Shown piece after piece: positions 12,370 through 24,300 of a DNA stretch of 64,000 bases; position 1 is the stretch's first letter; each line of letters starts with the position of its first letter. The stretch is from Eledone cirrhosa (taxonomy: Eukaryota). The stretch lies in contig OZ024744.1 of the NCBI GenBank assembly GCA_964016885.1, positions 28,334,001-28,398,000 of the forward strand, written 5' to 3'. A program made the position numbers and the translations under genes. The notes under the pieces were generated by a model. The model made no database searches. It was not told where the DNA came from and was given only the letters and a program-made list of their open reading frames with translations.

Positions 12370-15300
12370 TATAACTTTTTTGTTATTGGTGTTGTTGTTG
12401 TCGCTGTTATGACTGTCATTGCCATTGTTGTTGTAGTCGCTGTTATCACTGTTAATGTCATTGTTGTTGTTGTTTTTGTCGCTGTTATTACTGTTATTGT
12501 CACTGTGGTTGTTGTTGTTCTCGCTGTTATCACAGTTATTGTCACTGTTGTTGTTGTTGTCGCTGTTATAACTGTTATTGTCACTGTTGTTGTTGTTCTT
12601 GTCGCTGTTATAACTGTTATTGTCACTGTTGTTGTTGTAGCTTTTATCACTGTTATTGACACTGTTGTTATTGTTGTCGCTGTTATAACTGTTATTGTCA
12701 CTGTTGTTGTTGTGGTTCTCGCTGTTATAACTGTTATTGTGACTGTTGTTGTTGTTGTCGCTGTTATAACTGTTATTGTCATTGTTGTTGTTGTTGTCGC
12801 TGTTATCACTGTTATTGACACTGTCGTTGTTGTTGTTCTCGCTGTTATCTCTGTTATTGTCACTGTTGTTGTTGTTGTCGCTGTTATAACTGTTATTGTC
12901 ACTGTTGTTGTTGTTGTCGCTATTATATCTGTTATTGTCACTGATGTTGTTGTTGCTGTCTCTGTTATCACTGTTATTGTCATTGTTGTTGTTGTTGTTG
13001 TACTCGCTGTTATCACTGTTTTTGTCACTGTTGTTGTCGATGTTATCACTGTTATTTTCATTGTTGTTTTTGTTGTCACTGTTATAACTGTTATTGTCAT
13101 TGTTGTTGTTGTTGTCGCTGTTATCACTGTTATTGTCATTGTTGTTGTTGTTGTCCCTGTTATCACTGTTATTGTCACTGTTGTTGTTGTTGTCTCTGTT
13201 ATCACTGTTATTGTCACTGTTGTCGTTGTTGTTGTCACTGTTATTTATAAATGTTATTGTCACTGTTGTTGTTGTCGCTGTTATAACTGTTATTGTCACT
13301 GTTGTTGTCGCTGTTATAACTGTTATTGTCACTGTTTTTGTTGTTGTCGCTGTTATAACTGTTATTGTCACTGTTGTTGTTGTTGTTGTCGCTGTTATCA
13401 CTGTTATTGTCACTGTTGTTGTCGTTGTCTCTGTTATCACTGTTATTGTCATTGTTGTTATTGTTGTTGTCGCTGTTATAACTGTTATTGTCATTGTTGT
13501 TGTTGTCGCTGTTATAACTGTTATTGTCACTGCTGTCGTTGTCCCTGTTATAACTGTTACTGTCACTTTTGTTGTTGTTGCTGTTATCACTGTTATTGTC
13601 ACTGTTGTTGTCGCCGTTATCACTGTTATTGTCATTGTTGTTGTTGTCGCTGTTATAACTGTTATTGTCATTGTTGTTGTTGTTGTTGTTGTCGCTGTTA
13701 TCACTGTTATTGTCATTGTTGTTGTCGCTGTTATCACTGTCATTGTCACTGTTGTTGTTGTTGTCGCTGTTATCACTGTTATTGTCACTGTTGTTGTCAC
13801 TGTTATAAATGTTATTGTCACTGTTGTTGTTGTCGCTGTTATAACTGTTATTGTCACTGTTGTCGTTGTTGTCGCTGTTATAACTGTTATTGTCACTGTC
13901 GTTTTTGTTCTCGCTCTTACCACTGTTATTGTCACTGTTGTTGTTGTCGCTGTTATAACTGTTATTTTCATTGTTGTTGTTGTCGCTGTTATAACTGTTA
14001 TTGTCACTGTTGTTGTCGCTGTTATTGTCACTGTTGTTGTTTTGTTGTTGTTGTTGTTGTTGTTGTCGCTGTTATCACTGTTATTGTTCTGTTGTTGATG
14101 TCGCTGTTATAACTGTTATTGCCATTGTTGTTGTTGTTGTTGTCTCTGTTATCACTGTTATTGTCACTATTGTTGTTGTCGCTGTTATAACTTTTTTGTT
14201 ATTGGTGTTGTTGTTGTCGCTGTTATGACTGTTATTGTCATTGTTGTTGTAGTCGCTGTTATCACTGTTAATGTCATTGTTGTTGTTGTTTTTGTCGCTG
14301 TTATTACTGTTATTGTCACTGTGGTTGTTGTTGTTCTCGCTGTTATCACAGTTATTGTCACTGTTGTTGTTGTTGTTGTCGCTGTTATAACTGTTATTGT
14401 CACTGTTGTTGTTGTTCTTGTCGCTGTTATAACTGTTACTGTCACTGTTGTTGTTGTAGCTTTTATCACTGTTATTGACACTGTTGTTATTGTTGTCGCT
14501 GTTATAACTGTTATTGTGACTGTTGTTGTTGTTGTTGTCGCTGTTATAACTGTTATTCTCATTGTTGTTGTTGTCGCAGTTATCACTGTTATTGACACTG
14601 TCGTTGTTGTTGTTCTCGCTGTTATCACTGTTATTGTCACTGTTGTTGTTGTCGCTGTTATAACTGTTATTGTCACTGTTGTTGTTGCTGTTGTCGCTGT
14701 CATAACTCTTATTGTCACTGTTGTTGTTGTTGTTGTTGTCGTTGTTATCACTGTTATTGTCATTATTGTTGTTGGCGCTGTTATCACTGTTATTGTCATT
14801 GTTGTTGTTGTCGCTGTTATCACTGTTATTGTCCCTCTTGTTGTTGTCGCTGTTATAACTGTTATTGTCACTATTGCTTTTGTTGTTGTCGCTCTTATCA
14901 CTCTTATTGTCATTGTTGTTGTTGTTCTCGCTGCTATCCCTGTTATTGTTACTCTTGTTGTTGTTCTCGCTGTTATCACAATTATTGTCACTGTTGTTTT
15001 GTTGTTCTCGCTGTTATCATTGTTATTGTCACTGTTGTTGTTGTTGTCGCTGTTATATCTGTTATTGTCACTGTTGTTGTTGTTGCTGTCTCTGTTATCA
15101 CTGTTATTGTCATTGTTGTTGTTGTTGTACTCGCTGTTATCACTGTTATTGTCACTGTTGTTGTCGATGTTATCACTGTTATTTTCCTTGTTGTTTTTGT
15201 TGTCACTGTTATAACTGTTATTGTCATTGTTGTTGTTGTTGTCGCTGTTATCACTGTTATTGTCATTGTTGTTGTTGTTGTTGTCGCTGTTATCACTGTT

Positions 15301-18300
15301 ATTGTCACTGTTGTTGTTGTTGTCCCTGTTATCACTGTTATTGTCACTGTTGTCGTTGTTGTTGTCACTGTTATTTATAAATGTTATTGTCACTGTTGTT
15401 GTTGTCGCTGTTATAACTGTTATTGTCACTGTTGTTGTTGTCGCTGTTATAACTGTTATTGTCACTGTTTTTATTGTTGTCGCTGTTATAACTGTTATTG
15501 TCACTGTTGTTGTTGTTGTCGCTGTTATCACTGTTATTGTCACTGTTGTTGTTGTTGTCTCTGTTATCACTGTTATTGTCATTGTTGTTATTGTTGTTGT
15601 CGCTGTTATAACTGTTATTGTCATTGTTGTTGTTGTCGCTGTTATAACTGTTATTGACACTGTTGTCGTTGTCCCTGTTATAACTGTTACTGTCACTGTT
15701 GTTGTTGTCGCTGTTATCACTGTTATTGTCACTGTTGTTGTCGCCGTTATCACTGTTATTGTCATTGTTGTTGTTGTCGCTGTTATAACTGTTATTGTAA
15801 TTGTTGTTGTTGTTGTCGCTGTTATCACTGTTATTGTCATTGTTGTTGTCGCTGTTATCACTGTTATTGTCACTGTTGTTGTTTTTGTCGCTGTTATCAC
15901 TGTTATTGTCACTGTTGTTGTCACTGTTATAAATGTTATTGTCACTGTTGTTGTTGTCGCTGTTATAACTGTTATTGTCACTGTCGTTTTTGTTCTCGCT
16001 CTTATCACTGTTATTGTCACTGTTGTTGTCGTCGCTGTTATAACTGTTATTGTCATTGTTGTTGTTGTCGCTGTTATAACTGTTATTGTCACTGTTGTTG
16101 TCGCTGTTATTGTCACTATTGTTGTTTTGTTGTTGTTGTTGTTGTTGTTGTTGTCGCTGTTATCACTGTTATTGTTCTGTTGTTGTTGTTGTCGCTGTTA
16201 TAACTGTTATTGCCATTGTTGTTGTTGTTGTCTCTGTTATCACTGTTATTGTCACTATTGTTGTTGTCGCTCTTATAACTTTTATTGTTATTGGTGTTGT
16301 TGTTGTCGCTGTTATGACTGTTATTGTCACTGTGGTTGTTGTTTTTCTCGCTGTTATAACAGTTATTGTCACTGTTGTTGTTGTTGTTGTCGCTGTCATA
16401 ACTGTTATTGTCACTGTTGTTGTTGTTCTTGTCGCTGTTATAACTGTTATTGTCACTGTTGTTGTTGTAGCTTTTATCACTGTTATTGACACTGTTGTTA
16501 TTGTTGTCGCTGTTATAACTGTTATTGTCACTGTTGTTGTTGTTGTCGCTGTTATTGTCACTGTTGTTGTTTTGTTGTTGTTGTTGTTGTCGCTGTTATA
16601 ACTGTTATTGCCATTGTTGTTGTTGTTGTTGTCTCTGTTATCACTGTTATTGTCATTGTTGTTGTTGTCGCTGTTATCACTGTTAATGTCATTGTTGTTG
16701 TTGTTTTTGTCGCTGTTATTACTGTTATTGTCACTGTGGTTGTTGTTGTTCTCGCTGTTATCACAGTTATTGTCACTGTTGTTGTTGTTGTTGTCGCTGT
16801 TATAACTGTTATTGTCACTGTTGTTGTTGTTCTTGTCGCTGTTATAACTGTTATTGTCACTGTTGTTGTTGTTGTAGCTTTTATCACTGTTATTGTCACT
16901 GTTGTTATTGTTGTCGCTGTTATAACTGTTATTGTCACTGTTGTTGTTGTTGTCGCTGTTATTGCCACTGTTGTTGTTTTGTTGTTGGTGTTGTTGTCGC
17001 TGTTATAACTGTTATTGCCATTGTTGTTGTTGTCTCTGTTATGACTGTTATTGTCATTGTTGTTGTTGTCGCTGTTATAACTTTTTTGTTATTGGTGTTG
17101 TTGTTGTCGCTGTTATGACTGTCATTGCCATTGTTGTTGTAGTCGCTGTTATCACTGTTAATGTCATTGTTGTTGTTGTTTTTGTCGCTGTTATTACTGT
17201 TATTGTCACTGTGGTTGTTGTTGTTCTCGCTGTTATCACAGTTATTGTCACTGTTGTTGTTGTTGTCGCTGTTATAACTGTTATTGTCACTGTTGTTGTT
17301 GTTCTTGTCGCTGTTATAACTGTTATTGTCACTGTTGTTGTTGTAGCTTTTATCACTGTTATTGACACTGTTGTTATTGTTGTCGCTGTTATAACTGTTA
17401 TTGTCACTGTTGTTGTTGTGGTTCTCGCTGTTATAACTGTTATTGTGACTGTTGTTGTTGTTGTCGCTGTTATAACTGTTATTGTCATTGTTGTTGTTGT
17501 TGTCGCTGTTATCACTGTTATTGACACTGTCGTTGTTGTTGTTCTCGCTGTTATCTCTGTTATTGTCACTGTTGTTGTTGTTGTCGCTGTTATAACTGTT
17601 ATTGTCACTGTTGTTGTTGTTGTCGCTATTATATCTGTTATTGTCACTGATGTTGTTGTTGCTGTCTCTGTTATCACTGTTATTGTCATTGTTGTTGTTG
17701 TTGTTGTACTCGCTGTTATCACTGTTTTTGTCACTGTTGTTGTCGATGTTATCACTGTTATTTTCATTGTTGTTTTTGTTGTCACTGTTATAACTGTTAT
17801 TGTCATTGTTGTTGTTGTTGTCGCTGTTATCACTGTTATTGTCATTGTTGTTGTTGTTGTCCCTGTTATCACTGTTATTGTCACTGTTGTTGTTGTTGTC
17901 TCTGTTATCACTGTTATTGTCACTGTTGTCGTTGTTGTTGTCACTGTTATTTATAAATGTTATTGTCACTGTTGTTGTTGTCGCTGTTATAACTGTTATT
18001 GTCACTGTTGTTGTCGCTGTTATAACTGTTATTGTCACTGTTTTTGTTGTTGTCGCTGTTATAACTGTTATTGTCACTGTTGTTGTTGTTGTTGTCGCTG
18101 TTATCACTGTTATTGTCACTGTTGTTGTCATTGTCTCTGTTATCACTGTTATTGTCATTGTTGTTATTGTTGTTGTCGCTGTTATAACTGTTATTGTCAT
18201 TGTTGTTGTTGTCGCTGTTATAACTGTTATTGTCACTGCTGTCGTTGTCCCTGTTATAACTGTTACTGTCACTTTTGTTGTTGTTGCTGTTATCACTGTT

Positions 18301-21300
18301 ATTGTCACTGTTGTTGTCGCCGTTATCACTGTTATTGTCATTGTTGTTGTTGTCGCTGTTATAACTGTTATTGTCATTGTTGTTGTTGTTGTTGTCGCTG
18401 TTATCACTGTTATTGTCATTGTTGTTGTCGCTGTTATCACTGTCATTGTCACTGTTGTTGTTGTTGTCGCTGTTATCACTGTTATTGTCACTGTTGTTGT
18501 CACTGTTATAAATGTTATTGTCACTGTTGTTGTTGTCGCTGTTATAACTGTTATTGTCACTGTTGTCGTTGTTGTCGCTGTTATAACTGTTATTGTCACT
18601 GTCGTTTTTGTTCTCGCTCTTATCACTGTTATTGTCACTGTTGTTGTCGCTGTTATAACTGTTATTTTCATTGTTGTTGTTGTCGCTGTTATAACTGTTA
18701 TTGTCACTGTTGTTGTCGCTGTTATTGTCACTGTTGTTGTTTTGTTGTTGTTGTTGTTGTTGTTGTCGCTGTTATCACTGTTATTGTTCTGTTGTTGATG
18801 TCGCTGTTATAACTGTTATTGCCATTGTTGTTGTTGTTGTTGTCTCTGTTATCACTGTTATTGTCACTATTGTTGTTGTCGCTGTTATAACTTTTTTGTT
18901 ATTGGTGTTGTTGTTGTCGCTGTTATGACTGTTATTGTCATTGTTGTTGTAGTCGCTGTTATCACTGTTAATGTCATTGTTGTTGTTGTTTTTGTCGCTG
19001 TTATTACTGTTATTGTCACTGTGGTTGTTGTTGTTCTCGCTGTTATCAAAGTTATTGTCACTGTTGTTGTTGTTGTTGTCGCTGTTATAACTGTTATTGT
19101 CACTGTTGTTGTTGTTCTTGTCGCTGTTATAACTGTTACTGTCACTGTTGTTGTTGTAGCTTTTATCACTGTTATTGACACTGTTGTTATTGTTGTCGCT
19201 GTTATAACTGTTATTGTCACTATTGTTGTTGTGGTTCTCGCTGTTATAACTGTTATTGTGACTGTTGTTGTTGTTGTTGTCGCTGTTATAACTGTTATTG
19301 TCATTGTTGTTGTTGTCGCAGTTATCACTGTTATTGACACTGTCGTTGTTGTTGTTGTCGCTGTTATCACTGTTATTGTCACTGTTGTTGTTGTCGCTGT
19401 TATAACTGTTATTGTCACTGTTGTTGTTGCTGTTGTCGCTGTCATAACTCTTATTGTCACTGTTGTTGTTGTTGTTGTTGTCGTTGTTATCACTGTTATT
19501 GTCATTATTGTTGTTGGCGCTGTTATCACTGTTATTGTCATTGTTGTTGTTGTCGCTGTTATCACTGTTATTGTCCCTCTTGTTGTTGTCGCTGTTATAA
19601 CTGTTATTGTCACTATTGCTTTTGTTGTTGTCGCTCTTATCACTCTTATTGTCATTGTTGTTGTTGTTCTCGCTGCTATCCCTGTTATTGTTACTCTTGT
19701 TGTTGTTCTCGCTGTTATCACAGTTATTGTCACTGTTGTTTTGTTGTTCTCGGTGTTATCATTGTTATTGTCACTGTTGTTGTTGTTGTCGCTGTTATAT
19801 CTGTTATTGTCACTGTTGTTGTTGTTGCTGTCTCTGTTATCACTGTTATTGTCATTGTTGTTGTTGTTGTACTCGCTGTTATCACTGTTATTGTCACTGT
19901 TGTTGTCGATGTTATCACTGTTATTTTCCTTGTTGTTTTTGTTGTCACTGTTATAACTGTTATTGTCATTGTTGTTGTTGTTGTCGCTGTTATCACTGTT
20001 ATTGTCATTGTTGTTGTTGTTGTTGTCGCTGTTATCACTGTTATTGTCACTGTTGTTGTTGTTGTCCCTGTTATCACTGTTATTGTCACTGTTGTCGTTG
20101 TTGTTGTCACTGTTATTTATAAATGTTATTGTCACTGTTGTCGTTGTCGCTGTTATAACTGTTATTGTCACTGTTGTTGTTGTCGCTGTTATAACTGTTA
20201 TTGTCACTGTTTTTATTGTTGTCGCTGTTATAACTGTTATTGTCACTGTTGTTGTTGTTGTCGCTGTTATCACTGTTATTGTCACTGTTGTTGTTGTTGT
20301 CTCTGTTATCACTGTTATTGTCATTGTTGTTATTGTTGTTGTCGCTGTTATAACTGTTATTGTCATTGTTGTTGTTGTCGCTGTTATAACTGTTATTGAC
20401 ACTGTTGTCGTTGTCCCTGTTATAACTGTTACTGTCACTGTTGTTGTTGTCGCTGTTATCACTGTTATTGTCACTGTTGTTGTCGCCGTTATCACTGTTA
20501 TTGTCATTGTTGTTGTTGTCGCTGTTATAACTGTTATTGTAATTGTTGTTGTTGTTGTCGCTGTTATCACTGTTATTGTCATTGTTGTTGTCGCTGTTAT
20601 CACTGTTATTGTCACTGTTGTTGTTTTTGTCGCTGTTATCACTGTTATTGTCACTGTTGTTGTCACTGTTATAAATGTTATTGTCACTGTTGTTGTTGTC
20701 GCTGTTATAACTGTTATTGTCACTGTTGTTGTTGTTGTCGCTGTTATAACTGTTATTGTCACTGTCGTTTTTGTTCTCGCTCTTATCACTGTTATTGTCA
20801 CTGTTGTTGTTGTCGCTGTTATAACTGTTATTGTCATTGTTGTTGTTGTCGCTGTTATAACTGTTATTGTCACTGTTGTTGTCGCTGTTATTGTCACTAT
20901 TGTTGTTTTGTTGTTGTTGTTGTTGTTGTTGTTGTCGCTGTTATCACTGTTATTGTTCTGTTGTTGTTGTTGTCGCTGTTATAACTGTTATTGCCATTGT
21001 TGTTGTTGTTGTCTCTGTTATCACTGTTATTGTCACTATTGTTGTTGTCGCTCTTATAACCTTTATTGTTATTGGTGTTGTTGTTGTCGCTGTTATGACT
21101 GTTATTGTCACTGTGGTTGTTGTTTTTCTCGCTGTTATAACAGTTATTGTCACTGTTGTTGTTGTTGTTGTCGCTGTCATAACTGTTATTGTCACTGTTG
21201 TTGTTGTTCTTGTCGCTGTTATAACTGTTATTGTCACTGTTGTTGTTGTAGCTTTTATCACTGTTATTGACACTGTTGTTATTGTTGTCGCTGTTATAAC

Positions 21301-24300
21301 TGTTATTGTCACTGTTGTTGTTGTTGTCGCTGTTATTGTCACTGTTGTTGTTTTGTTGTTGTTGTTGTTGTCGCTGTTATAACTGTTAGTGTCACTATTG
21401 CTTTTGTTGTTGTCGCTCTTATCACTCTTATTGTCATTGTTGTTGTTGTTCTCGCTGCTATCCCTGTTATTGTTACTCTTGTTGTTGTTCTCGCTGTTAT
21501 CACAGTTATTGTCACTGTTGTTTTGTTGTTCTCGCTGTTATCATTGTTATTGTCACTGTTGTTGTTGTTGTCGCTGTTATATCTGTTATTGTCACTGTTG
21601 TTGTTGTTGCTGTCTCTGTTATCACTGTTATTGTCATTGTTGTTGTTGTTGTACTCGCTGTTATCACTGTTATTGTCACTGTTGTTGTCGATGTTATCAC
21701 TGTTATTTTCCTTGTTGTTTTTGTTGTCACTGTTATAACTGTTATTGTCATTGTTGTTGTTGTTGTCGCTGTTATCACTGTTATTGTCATTGTTGTTGTT
21801 GTTGTTGTCGCTGTTATCACTGTTATTGTCACTGTTGTTGTTGTTGTCCCTGTTATCACTGTTATTGTCACTGTTGTCGTTGTTGTTGTCACTGTTATTT
21901 ATAAATGTTATTGTCACTGTTGTTGTTGTCGCTGTTATAACTGTTATTGTCACTGTTGTTGTTGTCGCTGTTATAACTGTTATTGTCACTGTTTTTATTG
22001 TTGTCGCTGTTATAACTGTTATTGTCACTGTTGTTGTTGTTGTCGCTGTTATCACTGTTATTGTCACTGTTGTTGTTGTTGTCTCTGTTATCACTGTTAT
22101 TGTCATTGTTGTTATTGTTGTTGTCGCTGTTATAACTGTTATTGTCATTGTTGTTGTTGTCGCTGTTATAACTGTTATTGACACTGTTGTCGTTGTCCCT
22201 GTTATAACTGTTACTGTCACTGTTGTTGTTGTCGCTGTTATCACTGTTATTGTCACTGTTGTTGTCGCCGTTATCACTGTTATTGTCATTGTTGTTGTTG
22301 TCGCTGTTATAACTGTTATTGTAATTGTTGTTGTTGTTGTCGCTGTTATCACTGTTATTGTCATTGTTGTTGTCGCTGTTATCACTGTTATTGTCACTGT
22401 TGTTGTTTTTGTCGCTGTTATCACTGTTATTGTCACTGTTGTTGTCACTGTTATAAATGTTATTGTCACTGTTGTTGTTGTCGCTGTTATAACTGTTATT
22501 GTCACTGTCGTTTTTGTTCTCGCTCTTATCACTGTTATTGTCACTGTTGTTGTCGTCGCTGTTATAACTGTTATTGTCATTGTTGTTGTTGTCGCTGTTA
22601 TAACTGTTATTGTCACTGTTGTTGTCGCTGTTATTGTCACTATTGTTGTTTTGTTGTTGTTGTTGTTGTTGTTGTTGTCGCTGTTATCACTGTTATTGTT
22701 CTGTTGTTGTTGTTGTCGCTGTTATAACTGTTATTGCCATTGTTGTTGTTGTTGTCTCTGTTATCACTGTTATTGTCACTATTGTTGTTGTCGCTCTTAT
22801 AACTTTTATTGTTATTGGTGTTGTTGTTGTCGCTGTTATGACTGTTATTGTCACTGTGGTTGTTGTTTTTCTCGCTGTTATAACAGTTATTGTCACTGTT
22901 GTTGTTGTTGTTGTCGCTGTCATAACTGTTATTGTCACTGTTGTTGTTGTTCTTGTCGCTGTTATAACTGTTATTGTCACTGTTGTTGTTGTAGCTTTTA
23001 TCACTGTTATTGACACTGTTGTTATTGTTGTCGCTGTTATAACTGTTATTGTCACTGTTGTTGTTGTTGTCGCTGTTATTGTCACTGTTGTTGTTTTGTT
23101 GTTGTTGTTGTTGTCGCTGTTATAACTGTTATTGCCATTGTTGTTGTTGTTGTTGTCTCTGTTATCACTGTTATTGTCATTGTTGTTGTTGTCGCTGTTA
23201 TCACTGTTAATGTCATTGTTGTTGTTGTTTTTGTCGCTGTTATTACTGTTATTGTCACTGTGGTTGTTGTTGTTCTCGCTGTTATCACAGTTATTGTCAC
23301 TGTTGTTGTTGTTGTTGTCGCTGTTATAACTGTTATTGTCACTGTTGTTGTTGTTCTTGTCGCTGTTATAACTGTTATTGTCACTGTTGTTGTTGTTGTA
23401 GCTTTTATCACTGTTATTGTCACTGTTGTTATTGTTGTCGCTGTTATAACTGTTATTGTCACTGTTGTTGTTGTTGTCGCTGTTATTGCCACTGTTGTTG
23501 TTTTGTTGTTGGTGTTGTTGTCGCTGTTATAACTGTTATTGCCATTGTTGTTGTTGTTGTTGTCTCTGTTATGACTGTTATTGTCATTGTTGTTGTTGTC
23601 GCTGTTATAACTTTTTTGTTATTGGTGTTGTTGTTGTCGCTGTTATGACTGTCATTGCCATTGTTGTTGTAGTCGCTGTTATCACTGTTAATGTCATTGT
23701 TGTTGTTGTTTTTGTCGCTGTTATTACTGTTATTGTCACTGTGGTTGTTGTTGTTCTCGCTGTTATCACAGTTATTGTCACTGTTGTTGTTGTTGTCGCT
23801 GTTATAACTGTTATTGTCACTGTTGTTGTTGTTCTTGTCGCTGTTATAACTGTTATTGTCACTGTTGTTGTTGTAGCTTTTATCACTGTTATTGACACTG
23901 TTGTTATTGTTGTCGCTGTTATAACTGTTATTGTCACTGTTGTTGTTGTGGTTCTCGCTGTTATAACTGTTATTGTGACTGTTGTTGTTGTTGTCGCTGT
24001 TATAACTGTTATTGTCATTGTTGTTGTTGTTGTCGCTGTTATCACTGTTATTGACACTGTCGTTGTTGTTGTTCTCGCTGTTATCTCTGTTATTGTCACT
24101 GTTGTTGTTGTTGTCGCTGTTATAACTGTTATTGTCACTGTTGTTGTTGTTGTCGCTATTATATCTGTTATTGTCACTGATGTTGTTGTTGCTGTCTCTG
24201 TTATCACTGTTATTGTCATTGTTGTTGTTGTTGTTGTACTCGCTGTTATCACTGTTTTTGTCACTGTTGTTGTCGATGTTATCACTGTTATTTTCATTGT

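Noticed and set aside
10732-14031. Thr-rich minus-strand ORFs as a mucin, adhesin or TxT-type ice-binding protein gene
   Set aside because: There is no signal peptide or unique domain, and almost no Pro. The frame is broken every 0.2-3 kb by copied frameshifts, overlapping frames are equally open, and some higher-order periods (649, 3025, 4784) are not multiples of 3.
16351-16362. Perfect 12-bp palindromes CTGTTATAACAG (16351) and CAGTTATAACTG (45545) as operator or recombination sites
   Set aside because: Each is one substitution from the consensus monomer, so they are expected by chance among ~1,700 monomers.
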